This document shows, one piece after another, positions 23,921-36,126 of a stretch of 64,000 nucleotides of DNA. The notes under the pieces were generated by a model, which saw only the letters and a list, made by a program, of their open reading frames with translations, made no database searches and had not been told where the DNA came from. The translations under genes and the position numbers were made by a program. Origin of the DNA: Zygnema circumcarinatum SAG 698-1b (Eukaryota > Plantae > Zygnematophyceae); assembly GCA_037447605.1 (NCBI GenBank), contig CM074818.1, forward strand, positions 1,376,617 to 1,440,616, given 5' to 3'. Each line of letters starts with the position of its first letter. Within the stretch, counting starts at the first letter, position 1.

Positions 23921-24501
23921 TGAAAGTGTCTTCTCACTGAAATCTTTGTCTGGCTGGGCTGAATGGGATGTCTAAATGCTATCAGCAAGAAGACTCTTTC
24001 TCTTTCTCTCTATGCAATGGAACTCTCTCTCTCTCTCTCTTACTTAGCATCTATTGCCGAGTCAAGAGGCGTAAAAGAAGAATGTGACAACAAACCACAC
24101 AAAGAAATACAAATACTAAGCCCAAAGACTAAAAGACAAACTAGCATCATCGCATATCCCATCTACTGACATCAGATAAAGAGATCCTGAGCCCCTAGCA
24201 GTGACAGTCTCCGGACAATAACTGCCCACCGAGAGGCCTGACTGACTACGTGGAGCCTTCTGATAGGTCAACAAATGACAATCGGCGGCATTATGCGGCG
24301 CTTCCGAGTGCGCCTTGCTGGATGGTGTGCTGTTCCGTGGGCCGCCAACACATGGCACCGCCTTCTCGCATCCTCCGTCGGCAGCTCCTGGATTATGCCG
24401 GTCCGTGACACTGAAGAGGCATATGTCAAGTACGACTGAACTGACGCGGATCCGTCGAGCGCAGCTCCACTACGCTACAAAGCCCGTAACCGCTAGTTAC
24501 A
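23921..24501 (-). repeat. Candidate 5' LTR of the Gypsy element
   Basis: TG..CA termini, CT-rich segment, lies between gag-like sequence and resumption of TIR-element sequence; possible PBS TGGCGATCCCGAC just inside. Partner LTR not visible. Confidence 0.5.
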
Positions 24502-27193
24502 GATAGTACGGACAGTACGGCTAACACAAGTTACCGTACAAAAAAGTGATTTCGGCAAAATTGGGGCGAAAATATTGAGGGCGCACTCCTTGGGGTGGTA
24601 AATACGAGGACCCCCCACTGTATACTAAATTCGGGAACTTAGTACGGCCATGGTCAATGTCTGACCCACCCTATTTTCATGAATTTCGGCTATTTGTGGT
24701 TGCCATTTGCGGGACGTTATCATGATGCACAAGTATGTCCGCCATGGCACAGCTCTGTAAGTGGATGCAGTATATTAACTCAAGCCCATGCCCCGAGGGT
24801 GTTCCTCCCTCGTTTGAACGATCACTTGAGAACGATCGTTACTATAAGGAAGCGTCCGATTTCAGTCCAAGTACCTTCTCCCGACCTGCACTACGCTGCA
24901 AAAACTAACACACTCAAATTGTGAAGCAAACGTAAGAACTCTTAAAAGCGGGTCCTTGCTTTCCTAATAGTTCTGCTGGCAAATGCCAAGTCCTATTGAC
25001 TCCCTCCCATGCACGTGGACCCTTTTGGTCCCTAGAAGTACAGCGCCCGCACTAATGTAAGGCGATGAAAGCGAGGACGAGAGCAAACAGCAGGAGGGTG
25101 CCCCACAGGCGCCCCCCCATGCATGCATGCAGGGCTGCCCACGGGAGGGGCTGGACCACTCCTATTCCCCGCCCAGCCCTGCTCACTTCCGCACTCTGCT
25201 GCATCCCCTCTCTCGCCGCTACAGAGCTTCTCCCAAGGTCCCTCAGAGCCGCTCTCTTGAACCTTCCACGAAAATCGCCCGCCAGCATTTGCTGAAGAGG
25301 GTCGAAGTGGGGCTTTGTCGTTCGCCGCTCACCTTCCCCTTCACCTTCACCTTCACCTTCACCTTCACCTTCAGCTTCATTCAGGAGTGGAGAAATTCGC
25401 CGACTCCCCACAGAGGAAACCACTGCGGCAGAACTCCGATTTGCCTCATCTCCTGGGAGCCCATTTTGCATGAGCTCGCAGGAGATGTATTGTGCGAGTG
25501 CGGTCCACCCACAGCGGTTGGCCACAGAGAGAAGACGCTCGCAGCGGCTTCTCTCCCGGAGGGAGGGAGGGCGCCCCCCCCCCCTCGCCTGCAGGGCCCA
25601 ACCGAGTTCGTTCAGGAAGGGCAGAGCCTTCTCTTCAGCTACAGCTCGGCCTTCCGCTTCCGTGCGCTTTACTTTCCCCTCTCCTTGCTTGCTTTCAGCC
25701 GCNNNNNNNNNNCTGCCCACTGAGAGGCCTGACTGACTACGTGGAGCCTTCTGATAGGTCAACAAATGACAATCGGCGGCATTATGCGGCGCTTCCGAGT
25801 GCGCCTTGCTGGATGGTGTGCTGTTCCGTGGGCCGCCAACACATGGCACCGCCTTCTCGCATCCTCCGTCGGCAGCTCCTGGATTATGCCGGTCCGTGAC
25901 ACTGAAGAGGCATATGTCAAGTACGACTGAACTGACGCGGATCCGTCGAGCGCAGCTCCACTACGCTACAAAGCCCGTAACCGCTAGTTACAGATAGTAC
26001 GGACAGTACGGCTAACACAAGTTACCGTACAAAAAAGTGATTTCGGCAAAATTGGGGCGAAAATATTGAGGGCGCACTCCTTGGGGTGGTAAATACGAGG
26101 ACCCCCCACTGTATACTAAATTCGGGAACTTAGTACGGCCATGGTCAATGTCTGACCCACCCTATTTTCATGAATTTCGGCTATTTGTGGTTGCCATTTG
26201 CGGGACGTTATCATGATGCACAAGTATGTCCGCCATGGCACAGCTCTGTAAGTGGATGCAGTATATTAACTCAAGCCCATGCCCCGAGGGTGTTCCTCCC
26301 TCGTTTGAACGATCACTTGAGAACGATCGTTACTATAAGGAAGCGTCCGATTTCAGTCCAAGTACCTTCTCCCGACCTGCACTACGCTGCAAAAACTAAC
26401 ACACTCAAATTGTGAAGCAAACGTAAGAACTCTTAAAAGCGGGTCCTTGCTTTCCTAATAGTTCTGCTGGCAAATGCCAAGTCCTATTGACTCCCTCCCA
26501 TGCACGTGGACCCTTTTGGTCCCTAGAAGTACAGCGCCCGCACTAATGTAAGGCGATGAAAGCGAGGACGAGAGCAAACAGCAGGAGGGTGCCCCACAGG
26601 CGCCCCCCCATGCATGCATGCAGGGCTGCCCACGGGAGGGGCTGGACCACTCCTATTCCCCGCCCAGCCCTGCTCACTTCCGCACTCTGCTGCATCCCCT
26701 CTCTCGCCGCTACAGAGCTTCTCCCAAGGTCCCTCAGAGCCGCTCTCTTGAACCTTCCACGAAAATCGCCCGCCAGCATTTGCTGAAGAGGGTCGAAGTG
26801 GGGCTTTGTCGTTCGCCGCTCACCTTCCCCTTCACCTTCACCTTCACCTTCACCTTCACCTTCAGCTTCATTCAGGAGTGGAGAAATTCGCCGACTCCCC
26901 ACAGAGGAAACCACTGCGGCAGAACTCCGATTTGCCTCATCTCCTGGGAGCCCATTTTGCATGAGCTCGCAGGAGATGTATTGTGCGAGTGCGGTCCACC
27001 CACAGCGGTTGGCCACAGAGAGAAGACGCTCGCAGCGGCTTCTCTCCCGGAGGGAGGGAGGGCGCCCCCCCCCCCTCGCCTGCAGGGCCCAACCGAGTTC
27101 GTTCAGGAAGGGCAGAGCCTTCTCTTCAGCTACAGCTCGGCCTTCCGCTTCCGTGCGCTTTACTTTCCCCTCTCCTTGCTTGCTTTCAGCCGC
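24222..27193. repeat. 1491-bp-offset direct duplication across an assembly gap (24222-25702 vs 25713-27193)
   Basis: Near-identical copies (one visible mismatch, 24230 vs 25721) separated only by 10 N; probably an unmerged contig overlap. Confidence 0.85.
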
Positions 27194-30100
27194 AACTGAA
27201 TCGATAACCTGCTCAAGCTGACGAAGCTCAGAGCAGATCTCGAAGGGGAGGACGATGATGGGCACGAAGTTGCTCGTAGCATCTCCATGGACGACCTGTC
27301 CCTCGTGTTGCAGACCCCCAACAGCTTATCAGAACGGGGTTAAGAGGAGGGGTTTCTCCTAAACCTCGTTTATGAGAAAGGGGGCATTTGCACACAAGCT
27401 GACGTAGAGCAGCAGGAGGTCACCTCCAGAAAAGCGCGCCCTGCTTCACTCGCTGCCCCTCCCTTGAACAGAATGCGCTGCTCCTCCAACTGGGGTTCAT
27501 CCTCTTCATCGTCCACTTCCTCACCCTCTACTTCCATCCTCTCCTGCTCCTTCATGCTTGCACCATTTCCAGGACAGACTGCTGAAATTGAGTAGTTCCC
27601 CTGATAAGCACAGAAAATTCTGCAACACAGCCACAACTGTCATAGTTCAATCAACTTCCTCGAGAGATAAGGTCCATCTGCACATAGGGCATATGCGAGA
27701 GGGCATATACCCTTTCTGAGCCTCTTCTGGTTGCAAGAAGAGGCTCCCCATAAGGTTCTCCTCCCCCTGAGAGAAAGAGAGAGAGGGAGAGAGGGGGGAA
27801 AGAGAGAGAGGGGGGGAGGAGAGAGACGGAGAGAGAGAGAGACAGCGACGCACCTCGTGCCCCTCCCGGACAGGCCGTGGCCTTTAAGAACCACCTCCGT
27901 CTCCCCCCTCGCCGGGACCGCCAAAGGGCGCACCGCCACAATGAAGGGCGTGTCCATGCGCCGCAGTTCCGTTACTGTGCCCACCACACCTGCGACAGAA
28001 AAACCCTCAAGAAGGTCTTCAAAGGGGACGCCGACTCACACTTCCGAAATAAAAAGGACCTCTGTGCAGGCCATGAAGGCACAGGGCCAGACTGCGGAAA
28101 TGCGAACATTTTTGCAAAACGGAGAGGTTTCTCGTCAGCTCCATTTCCATCACTTCGTCATGGCTCAAGAAAGTCCCTTTTAGTGCTGAACAGTAAACAA
28201 TGCCACAATTGAGAGTTGAAGAGGCGTAAATGAACGAGCCTCCATGCCTTCCCCCTCACAATCAACATGCACCAGAGGTGCATAAGGTTCTCCTCCCCCT
28301 GAGAGAAAGAGAGAGAGGGGGGGGGGGGAGAGGTGCGATAGCGGGGGGGAAGAGAGAGAGGGAGAGAGGGAGAGAGGGAGAGAGGAAGAGAGGGACAGAG
28401 AGAGAGAGCGAGAGCTCACCATTGACAATGGGCGCAGCCACTCGCCCCACTTGCACGAGAATTCGTCCGCTCCGCCAAAAGTCCCGCCCAGGAGAGGAGA
28501 GGAGCCTCTCTAAACTGCCTTTCAGATCCTCCTCAATCTGCCCCACATACCTCCATAGCTCTTATGAGATGTCAGGTACAAAGGCACGTATGTGTGAGAG
28601 AAGTGCCACTAAATTTACTCTCTCGAAAGTAGGTCGGCTAAACCACAACTTAAGTAACAGGAAGTTCACTAAAGTGACTACTGTTCCATAAACGGCCAGA
28701 AAGAGCCACTGTTGATCACATCGCAGCTTTTTTCGTCTGAATTCACACACGAGTACGGCTGCACAGCAAGCAAATCTGCAGAGGGATGCACTGCCTAGAA
28801 AGGGCATCATTCACTGCAGCATGAATTTCATGCTTGCAAGGGCAGAGGCTCACCGAACCCCACACCCCACTCGGCATGCAGGTGTGCAGAATAAGCACCA
28901 CGCATCCCGGGCGGATATAGCTTTCCATATCCTGTGGGCGGTGCGCCAACCATTCCAGAATCTGCGAGAACCCTAAACTTGCAGGTCAGTCTGATGATCA
29001 CAGCGCTGCAGCATCAATGCCATCAACAGTTTGGACACCGATTTGAAAACCACTTTCGGTGACAGACTGTCCAAACATGAAGAACCAAACAGTCAGTTAG
29101 CTCCCCCTGCTCTGAAGCAATATTGCCCATAGTTCTGTGTTCTATGGACGCAAGGCATACCCTTGCATACCAGCTGCATGTTAAAGGGCATCTCTTGGGC
29201 GCTTCTCCTCTGCAGCACATCAATCCCACAACTGAGGACAATACAGTTTCATTGCATCCCCTCCCTCTTCAGATTTGTGCTGGAAACTCATTGGAAATGA
29301 CACTGCAAGGACTGTGAAAGACTCCACCAATTGCACAAAAGGTTAGGAAAGACAACCCTGTCCCCAACAGCCCTAATAACAAAGCGTCATTCGTATTCTC
29401 CACTCTAACACAAGAACCCATAGCCCTAACCGGTGGACCCATCCCTATCGCACTCTTCTATTGCAGTCATCATCAATGAATCGTTCTCTAGACTACCTCC
29501 TCTCAATATGAATAAGGCAATAAGGCCTCCAAAAAACTCACCACAAAGGTTTGTTGGATCGATGATTTGAATGCGTGCATCAACATCGCAATGGCTACCA
29601 AAAAATAGCATGTCCAATACCCAGTCGAAGGGGAGGGTGAAGGGATACAGAAGTAATGGCATAGATCAAACAACCCAGATCTTTCACCATCGACAGTAGA
29701 TTGTCCGTACTTGCTTAACCAAATGCAGAAGAGGTTACAAATGTTTTATCCTTTCTGAAACCACAGCCTAATGCTTGGGCCCTTTCTACGGATCTACCCA
29801 TTCAACTCCTACGGGAAAAACCACTAAGCTGTCACCTCTTGGCGAAGGCCCCAGCCTTCGTATGCTAGAGCCTCTCACTGCGTTGCGGTGAGTGCGTCCA
29901 TGAAAAGGATCTAACCCAAGAGCAAGGTGCATTTTGCTCCCGAACCCTGACACTCATGGCCCATAATGCTTGGCGCCTTCTTAAGACATTATCTATAATA
30001 CCCCTACACACTGGCTCCTCTTCCCTTCCCCCTCCCCTCACCTTCCCTCCCCCCCTTCCCCTCTCCTTCCCTCCCCACCTCCTCTCCTCTCCTCCTCTTC

Positions 30101-31245
30101 ACTACCCATCCCTCCCCTCCCTCTCCCCCATACAACTAGCCCTCCCCTTCCTATATCATGTGTACGTTGTTTGACTGCTGCTCGATTGCTTGTGGCTCTC
30201 ATCGTGGCGCCGTGCTGTTTGCTGATAGGTCAGGCAGCGCCATTGGAGGGAAGTAGTCAGAGGTCGGGGCGGGGTCTTGCCTGCTGCCGCACATCGTGGG
30301 GAAAGTCAGCGGGGTTGCGGTCAAACAGTTTGAAGGAGATGTGCCCCGTGCGTTCCTGCAGCACCAACAACGGCTTAGAAAACCATCAGACCTCTCCCAC
30401 GGACACTTTGCAATCTAATGCTTTGACAATGAGGAGTTGGAGAGTGTGTGCTTACTTGTCCCGACCCGACTGCTTGTTGAGCTGCCTGAGCATTCAGCAC
30501 CTGCTGAAGTTGCCGTGCTTGCCAGTCCTGAGACTGCCCCGAATTACCACCCTGCTGCCAATTAAGGCCTCTCTCCTCTCCCCCTCGCTGCTGTCCCATC
30601 ATATCATATATGCCCCCACCAGCTCCACCAGCACCTGCACTTGCATCTGCGCTTCCGGAAACACCCGCTCCTGCACTCACAACTGCAGCACTTCCACCTC
30701 CACCACTTCCACCACTTGCCTCTCCTCCCCTACCGCCACTTCCTCCACCCCCTTCACCTCCTTCCCTTCCAATGGTCCCCATTCCAGCTCGAGTTTGTTG
30801 CTGCCTGTTCTGCAAAAGATCTAAAAGCCCAGGATTGTCGAATCCGGACTCTGCACTCAAACCTCCAGACATAAGGGCCGCAGCTTGCTCCTGAGTGAGA
30901 GAGTTCAATACCGCTTCTGCACTCTCACTTGTGCCCATTCCCCCTGTAGCCACTGGCTGGCGATCAGAATTGAGAAGAGATAGTGCGCTGGGAGTTTCAA
31001 GTCCTGTCCCACGGCTCATGGCTGCTTCTCCAGAGCTGTGTCGCACTCCTCCCTGCCCACCTTGCTCCTGTCCCAGCAACTGCTGTAGCTGCATTTGATT
31101 ACGAAGCGGGAAATCCATGAGTTGTTGCCGCTGTTGTAAGTGTTCTTGCTGTTGCTGTTGCTGCTGCTGCTGCTGCTGTTGCTGTTGTTGTTGCTGTTGC
31201 TGCTGCTGCTGCTGTTGTTGCTGCTGTTGCTGTTGCTGATGCGGA

Positions 31246-31280
<35 letters not shown>

Positions 31281-34200
31281 CTGTTGCTGCTGCCGCTGCC
31301 GCTGAAGCAGAAGCTCCTGCTGAAGCTGCATTTGTTGAAGTGTATCCAGCTGGCCAAGGCTTTGAGCACCTCCAGATGCCCCGTCAATGTTTCCCTGTCC
31401 CCCTTCGCTTAATCCCGGTAGCGCACTGAGTCCTCCACCAGGCATCCCCAGATTTGCTTCTTGCAGCAATCGATGAATGAATAACCGTTGCTGACCTCCA
31501 TCCCCCATGCTCAGATCTGGAAAATCTATCCCAAGTCCTGGATTGGCCAGAGCTGCCTGCACCCTCTGCATGAATGACAGCTGGCTAGCCCCCTGAGCCC
31601 CCCCCCTCAGGGCAGCCAATAGAGACTGTGCGTCCGGAAGGGCATTGGATGCATTCTGCCCCGTCTGCTCGCCTTGCCGCTGCAGGAGCTCTTGGGAGCC
31701 GCCAAGGCGCAAAGTGGAATCGCCGAGTTCACGGGAGCCGCTTTGAAACAATGGACTGCGATCGTTGTAGGGGAGAGCATCCAGGTTCAGATTCCCACTA
31801 CCACCTGCATGAGCAGCGGCGCAAGCAAGGGAATCGTAAGAGGATGTTAGCTCTCAGATCTCAACAGACGCCTAAACGACTTCCTGTGTACTACTATTGC
31901 AGATTCGTTCAATCCGTCCTTTTAGTGATCAATACTTAGCAAAAGATAGATCTCCGTCTTTCAGTGTTTCATATCGGAAAAAACCCTTTGGTGAAATCGT
32001 CTAGAGCAGCTTTTGGCTTCCCATGAATACCCTACAGTCAAGCTTCTCACGATTCTTACAGCTGAAAGTATACTGAGAGAACTAAACACTAGCTCGTCTT
32101 GCGAACTCGCTCTCCTGTTCAGAGTATTGATTCAAGAGCAAGTGCATACTATCTAAAAACGAGGCGAATTATAGAAGGAGCTAGCATAGTTTTCAGTCCG
32201 ATCAATATAGGCGTCGACCTGTTCACAACTTTGCCCGGTTTCAGAAGTGAAGGGAAAAGTTCAAGCCTGAGTGTCCAAAGTAAACAATCAAGCACTATAG
32301 CAGCCTTTCTCTTGCATGTATGGAAAACCATACTTAAGTCGGACGTTCAGTGGGAAAACAACGAGAGTCGAGTGGGTGCAGAATAACAACAGTACGGTGC
32401 CAGCAGTGAAGGCCAAGCCTAACCCCCTGCGGACAGCCCTATAGCCTTAATGAAGTCACCAATTTCATTCACGACCTTAACAGGTGAACATGCAGAAGCT
32501 ACCTGCTGCTAGGCGCTCCCTCTGATCAGCTTCAATAGATGCGGGGCTGGACTTGTCTGCATGACCAGGGGTATCCGGCAGCTGCTGAATCTTCCTCCGT
32601 CTGCGATTGTGCCCCGCCAGGCGTCTTCGACAGCTCCGTTTGCCCTCGTCAAACTCGGCAAGCTGATGAAATCTGATAGAACCATAACACCATTTCCCCA
32701 TATCCCACTGTTATTAAACAAGGAAGTACGAGATCGGAGGAAGGAACAGAGAGGAAAAAAGGTTGGAAGGCCCACACAGTTCATATCTTGACCAGCAAGC
32801 AACAAAAACAGTAACCAATGTTTCCAAAACCTTTCAGGCTTACGTTGCTCCTCCCGTGCCCTCCTCACTAAAATTTCTGTGTGCAGAGTACGTTCTCACC
32901 AATTGCCTTCGTTTTTTCAATCATTGTGTCTCCATCTTTTCTGTGCTTTAAAAGCATAAGCACACCAGCATACAGGGCTGCATCTCATCATTCACTGTCA
33001 AACTAATCGAATCAATAATCTGAAATTGAGCGTGCCTCCATGACATTCAGTCAGTACAGCTATAATTGGTCCTATTATGGTGACTCGTCAGCCACTTGTC
33101 AGTCTGATGTCTTTGGAAAAGTCGCAATCTTAATCCTCTAATTTCAGCCTTTGCCACTCTCCTTGCTTGGACTCGGCTCTTACAATTTGGCAATGAAAAC
33201 ACTTCCCTTACAAAGTGACAAGCACATCTCCGTGTTCTTTCGGCTGTCTGCCTTCCTGGATTCTGTCCACTACTCAAAATTGCAAAGCCACAATCTGCGG
33301 ACAACATCGCCACTCCTGTTTGGAGATTCTCGTAAACTCCCCTATAGAGCTCTTAGAAATACACTAGTTCTTCATTTATCCATCACAATGTCCATTCTAA
33401 TTTCCAGACTTTGCAGCCACATCGGCTGATGCACAATAGACATGCATGTCGTAAAAGACGACCGAGCTGACGCGAGCAGGCGCGACAGAAAAAAGATGAT
33501 GACTTCACAAAACAAACCTTTGTTATGTTTTTCACTATTTCAAGCATCCGAAATTACCACTTTCACTTTCTGTGATCATCCACTTCTACGACTGGGTTAC
33601 CTGCGACCTACGAAAACCAAAACTTCACATACTTCGTTCAACTGTTGTCTACCATCATAACCTACGAATAACGGTCCTTTGCGAGGTAACTTTATCTCCG
33701 GTAAGTTCTGCGCCTTTCACTAGGGAAAACAGTGGCCCTTCCATGCTCTCCTGACTCCGAAGAAACTTGAGGCAGGCAGTTTAAAAACACTTGGTCAGGT
33801 ACTGCTTCCCAAAGCAGAACCAAGCAGTTCAGCAGAAACAAGACGGCACGGCCTGAGCTTAACATATTGAAAGACCGCGCATCAGTTGCAGTTGCGGCCT
33901 CATATACAGGCCGCAGGAATAGACAGTGGTGAAGGAGACCTACCGCAGTAGATGCACATACTAACCCCATAGCAAGTCCACTCTCAGCAAAATATTTCTG
34001 CGACAGTAATAAAAGACTACGGGACTGACAAAGGGCAAATGAACTTGGAACGAACAGAAACACAGCCTGAATGGTCCTGGCATATGCGCATGTTAAAATT
34101 AGGTCATGGCTATTCCATCTCGAACCCCAAGCCGTTGTACATTACAAAGCTATCTGTTAGATTCCTAAAGTCCAGAAGAAAAGAATCCCGCTCCAAAGCT

Positions 34201-34964
34201 GGTCAGAGCAGCAAACTGACAAAATGAAGAACAAAAAAAAACTTGACCTTCGCTATTCGCTGTTGATCTCAGCAAGATTCTGAGCAAGACGGACGCGAAA
34301 GACGAGCAGCTAGCCTCCCTCTCCCTCACCTGCTGCACTGCTGGCAGAAGCGCTGCAGCTGATCCGACACCATGACGGTGGCTGCCTTGGAATGCATCTC
34401 GCACACTTTATGCCGCCGATGGTACTCCTTCCCAGCACTTAAGTCCGCCCTGCAGCCCTCCACCTGGCACGCAGGAGCGGAGGGATGCTGTCCAGGGATA
34501 GGAACGATTGCATGAGGCCGCGTGGGCCCCGGAGAGGCATCTCTCATCCGCTTGACCCTCCCTTCAACTTCGTCCTCATCGCCCGCCCCTGCAAATCTCG
34601 GCCTTCTCAAGCCTCCTGGAGACTCCACTTCAGATGTCCCCTGCCCGCCAGCTCGACCTAAAGGGTCGCCTTCATCAGGCCCCTCCGAGCCTTCGTCTGA
34701 CCCGCCTGCACCTCCTGCCAGTCTAAGAGGAGCCTCCACCCTGCCCTCTCCGTCGTCGAACTTGCCCCGAAATCCCGACATTTCCACGTTATTCTGCAGA
34801 TGCCTGCGCTCCGTCCTCCCGGCGCCACCCTCCTCTCCAAGAGCAGGCTGCGCAAGAAACGCCGAGCCGTCCCACTGCCACTGCCCGTTGCTCCACTCTC
34901 CGTCGCTTTTCCTGATCGCCAGTTTACTCGCTTTCCCGTTGTCTCCTTCTGCCGGAGGCTCCAT
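26543..34964 (-). CDS. SPL: SQUAMOSA promoter-binding protein-like transcription factor, SPL1/12/14-type (SBP domain, polyQ, IRPGC motif, C-terminal TM)
   Basis: Exons 34964-34330, 32672-32503, 31804-30456, 30355-30281 (GC donor), 28961-28854, 28537-28420, 27989-27854, 27619-27424, 27295-26543. N-terminal WQWDGSAF motif; [53 protein letters not shown]; [10 protein letters not shown]; ESYIRPGC; hydrophobic tail [14 protein letters not shown]. Confidence 0.95.
31135..31315 (-). repeat. Coding CAG/CAA repeat (polyglutamine) in SPL exon 3
   Basis: About 15 Q, then HPH, then about 30 Q in the open frame of exon 31804-30456. Confidence 0.9.
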
Positions 34965-36126
34965 AAATCCGAACGCGTGGCAACCCCTGTGTACCAGGCC
35001 CGAGCAAACGAGGAATGACTGCAGTCACAAGCACCGGCGCGTGCAGAATGCCCTTTTCAAGAAAGCGAATCCCTCCTGCACGCCCGCTCAGGCTCCAAGA
35101 TCTCGCATGGATGACGGCCGTACAACCAGGCGCGCCGACAGGGGCGCGCGAGAGAGAGGGAGAAAGCGGGAGAGGGCGAGAGAGCGGGAGGGAGGGAGTG
35201 AGAGCGCGAGGGCGGGAGAGAGGCGAGGGAGAGGGCTAGGGAGCGCGTGAGCAGCAGGCGATGGGGGCAGCAGCCGGCGCTGCACGTACGGGCGGGCGGC
35301 ACGTGGCGCGCCTCGCGGCCAATGGGTGCGCCCTCCCCGGCCTTGCCCGTTGTTGCCGCGTTTGGCGGAGCGCTCCGCCCGGCCGCACCGCGCCGCGCCG
35401 CGCCGCGTCAGGGCGGGCCACCGGTACGGCTGGACTCGCAGCACGCCTGCGACGCCCTGCGACGCCGGCGACCGTCCTGCGACGAGTGGCGACAGCGCGC
35501 GGGGCGGAGCGCGGCCCGGCGCCGCCGATTTGGTCGCGGGGAGCCATCTGGACGGCTAGGGCACGCACGCACGCGCGCGGCCGTACGGACTGTGCGCGCT
35601 CCGTGCGACGCGAGTTGACTTCGCGCCCTTGTTCGGCCCAGCCCCCCCGCGCACGTCGCGCCCGCCCGGGCGGCCGCGTCTGACAGGCCGGGCCGGGCCA
35701 GGCCAGGGAGGGAGGGACCCGCCCCGCCCCACCGCGCGCGTTTTTTGGGAAAATTTCAGGGCGCCGCCCGGACGCCTTATCTGCGCAATATGACGCTCCG
35801 CGACAGCCGTCCGATGGGCCATTCGCGATGAGAAGAATCGACGGCCTGGGCGGCGCGCAGACCCTGTGATTGGCAGCGCGGCGGCGGGCGGCTGGCGGCA
35901 GGCGCTGGCCGGGCGGCCGGCCAATGGCGGGCGGGCCGACGCCGCGCCGCGGGCGAGTCGCGCCACGCCAGCCACCAGCTCCGCCGTATGAAGCCGTACG
36001 GTTTTGGACGGTGCGGAACGTACGGTTGGCCGTAGCGCTGCGGGCCTGCGGCTAGGGATGGCAAAAGTCCGTACAGGGGACTTGTAGAGTTTTGGACTTC
36101 AGAATTAGAACGTTCTAATACCTATA

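Larger units (their letters stand above)
10535..24501 (-). mobile_element. Degenerate Ty3/Gypsy LTR retrotransposon (interrupted)
   Basis: Candidate 5' LTR 23921-24501 (TG..CA); degenerate gag-like region ~20630-23780; protease DTG (19938-20213); RT start 19261-19690 (PWASPAVLPPKPDG); RT/RNase H 10535-11588 (YVDD, ADGLSR). PR-RT-RH order fits Gypsy. Integrase and 3' LTR not visible (gap at 10525). Confidence 0.8.
10060..24673. mobile_element. Non-autonomous TIR DNA element hosting the nested retrotransposon stack
   Basis: Left end (A)GGGGAAGTCAGACCTTGACCATGGCC at 10060/61; right end GGCCATGGTCAATGTCTGACCCACCCC(T) ending 24672/73. Flanks are TA..TA, or ATT..ATT if the terminal A/T belong to the element. 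Shared subterminal blocks (GGGGTCCTC(A/G)TATTT..CACCC; GGCAAAAT..GGCGAAAATATT). No transposase seen, and internal gaps prevent proof of continuity. Confidence 0.55.

Noticed and set aside
25052-25702. Third SPL paralogue (extra last exon)
   Set aside because: It is part of a near-identical 1.48-kb duplicate abutting a 10-N gap and lacks its acceptor; most likely an unmerged contig overlap.
26543-34964. miR156/529 target site, or assignment as SPL7/CRR1 orthologue
   Set aside because: No GTGCTCTCTCTCTTCTGTCA-like site seen in the exons. The Zn1 site is C3H and the N-terminal WxWD motif fits the SPL1/12/14 type; orthology needs a phylogeny.
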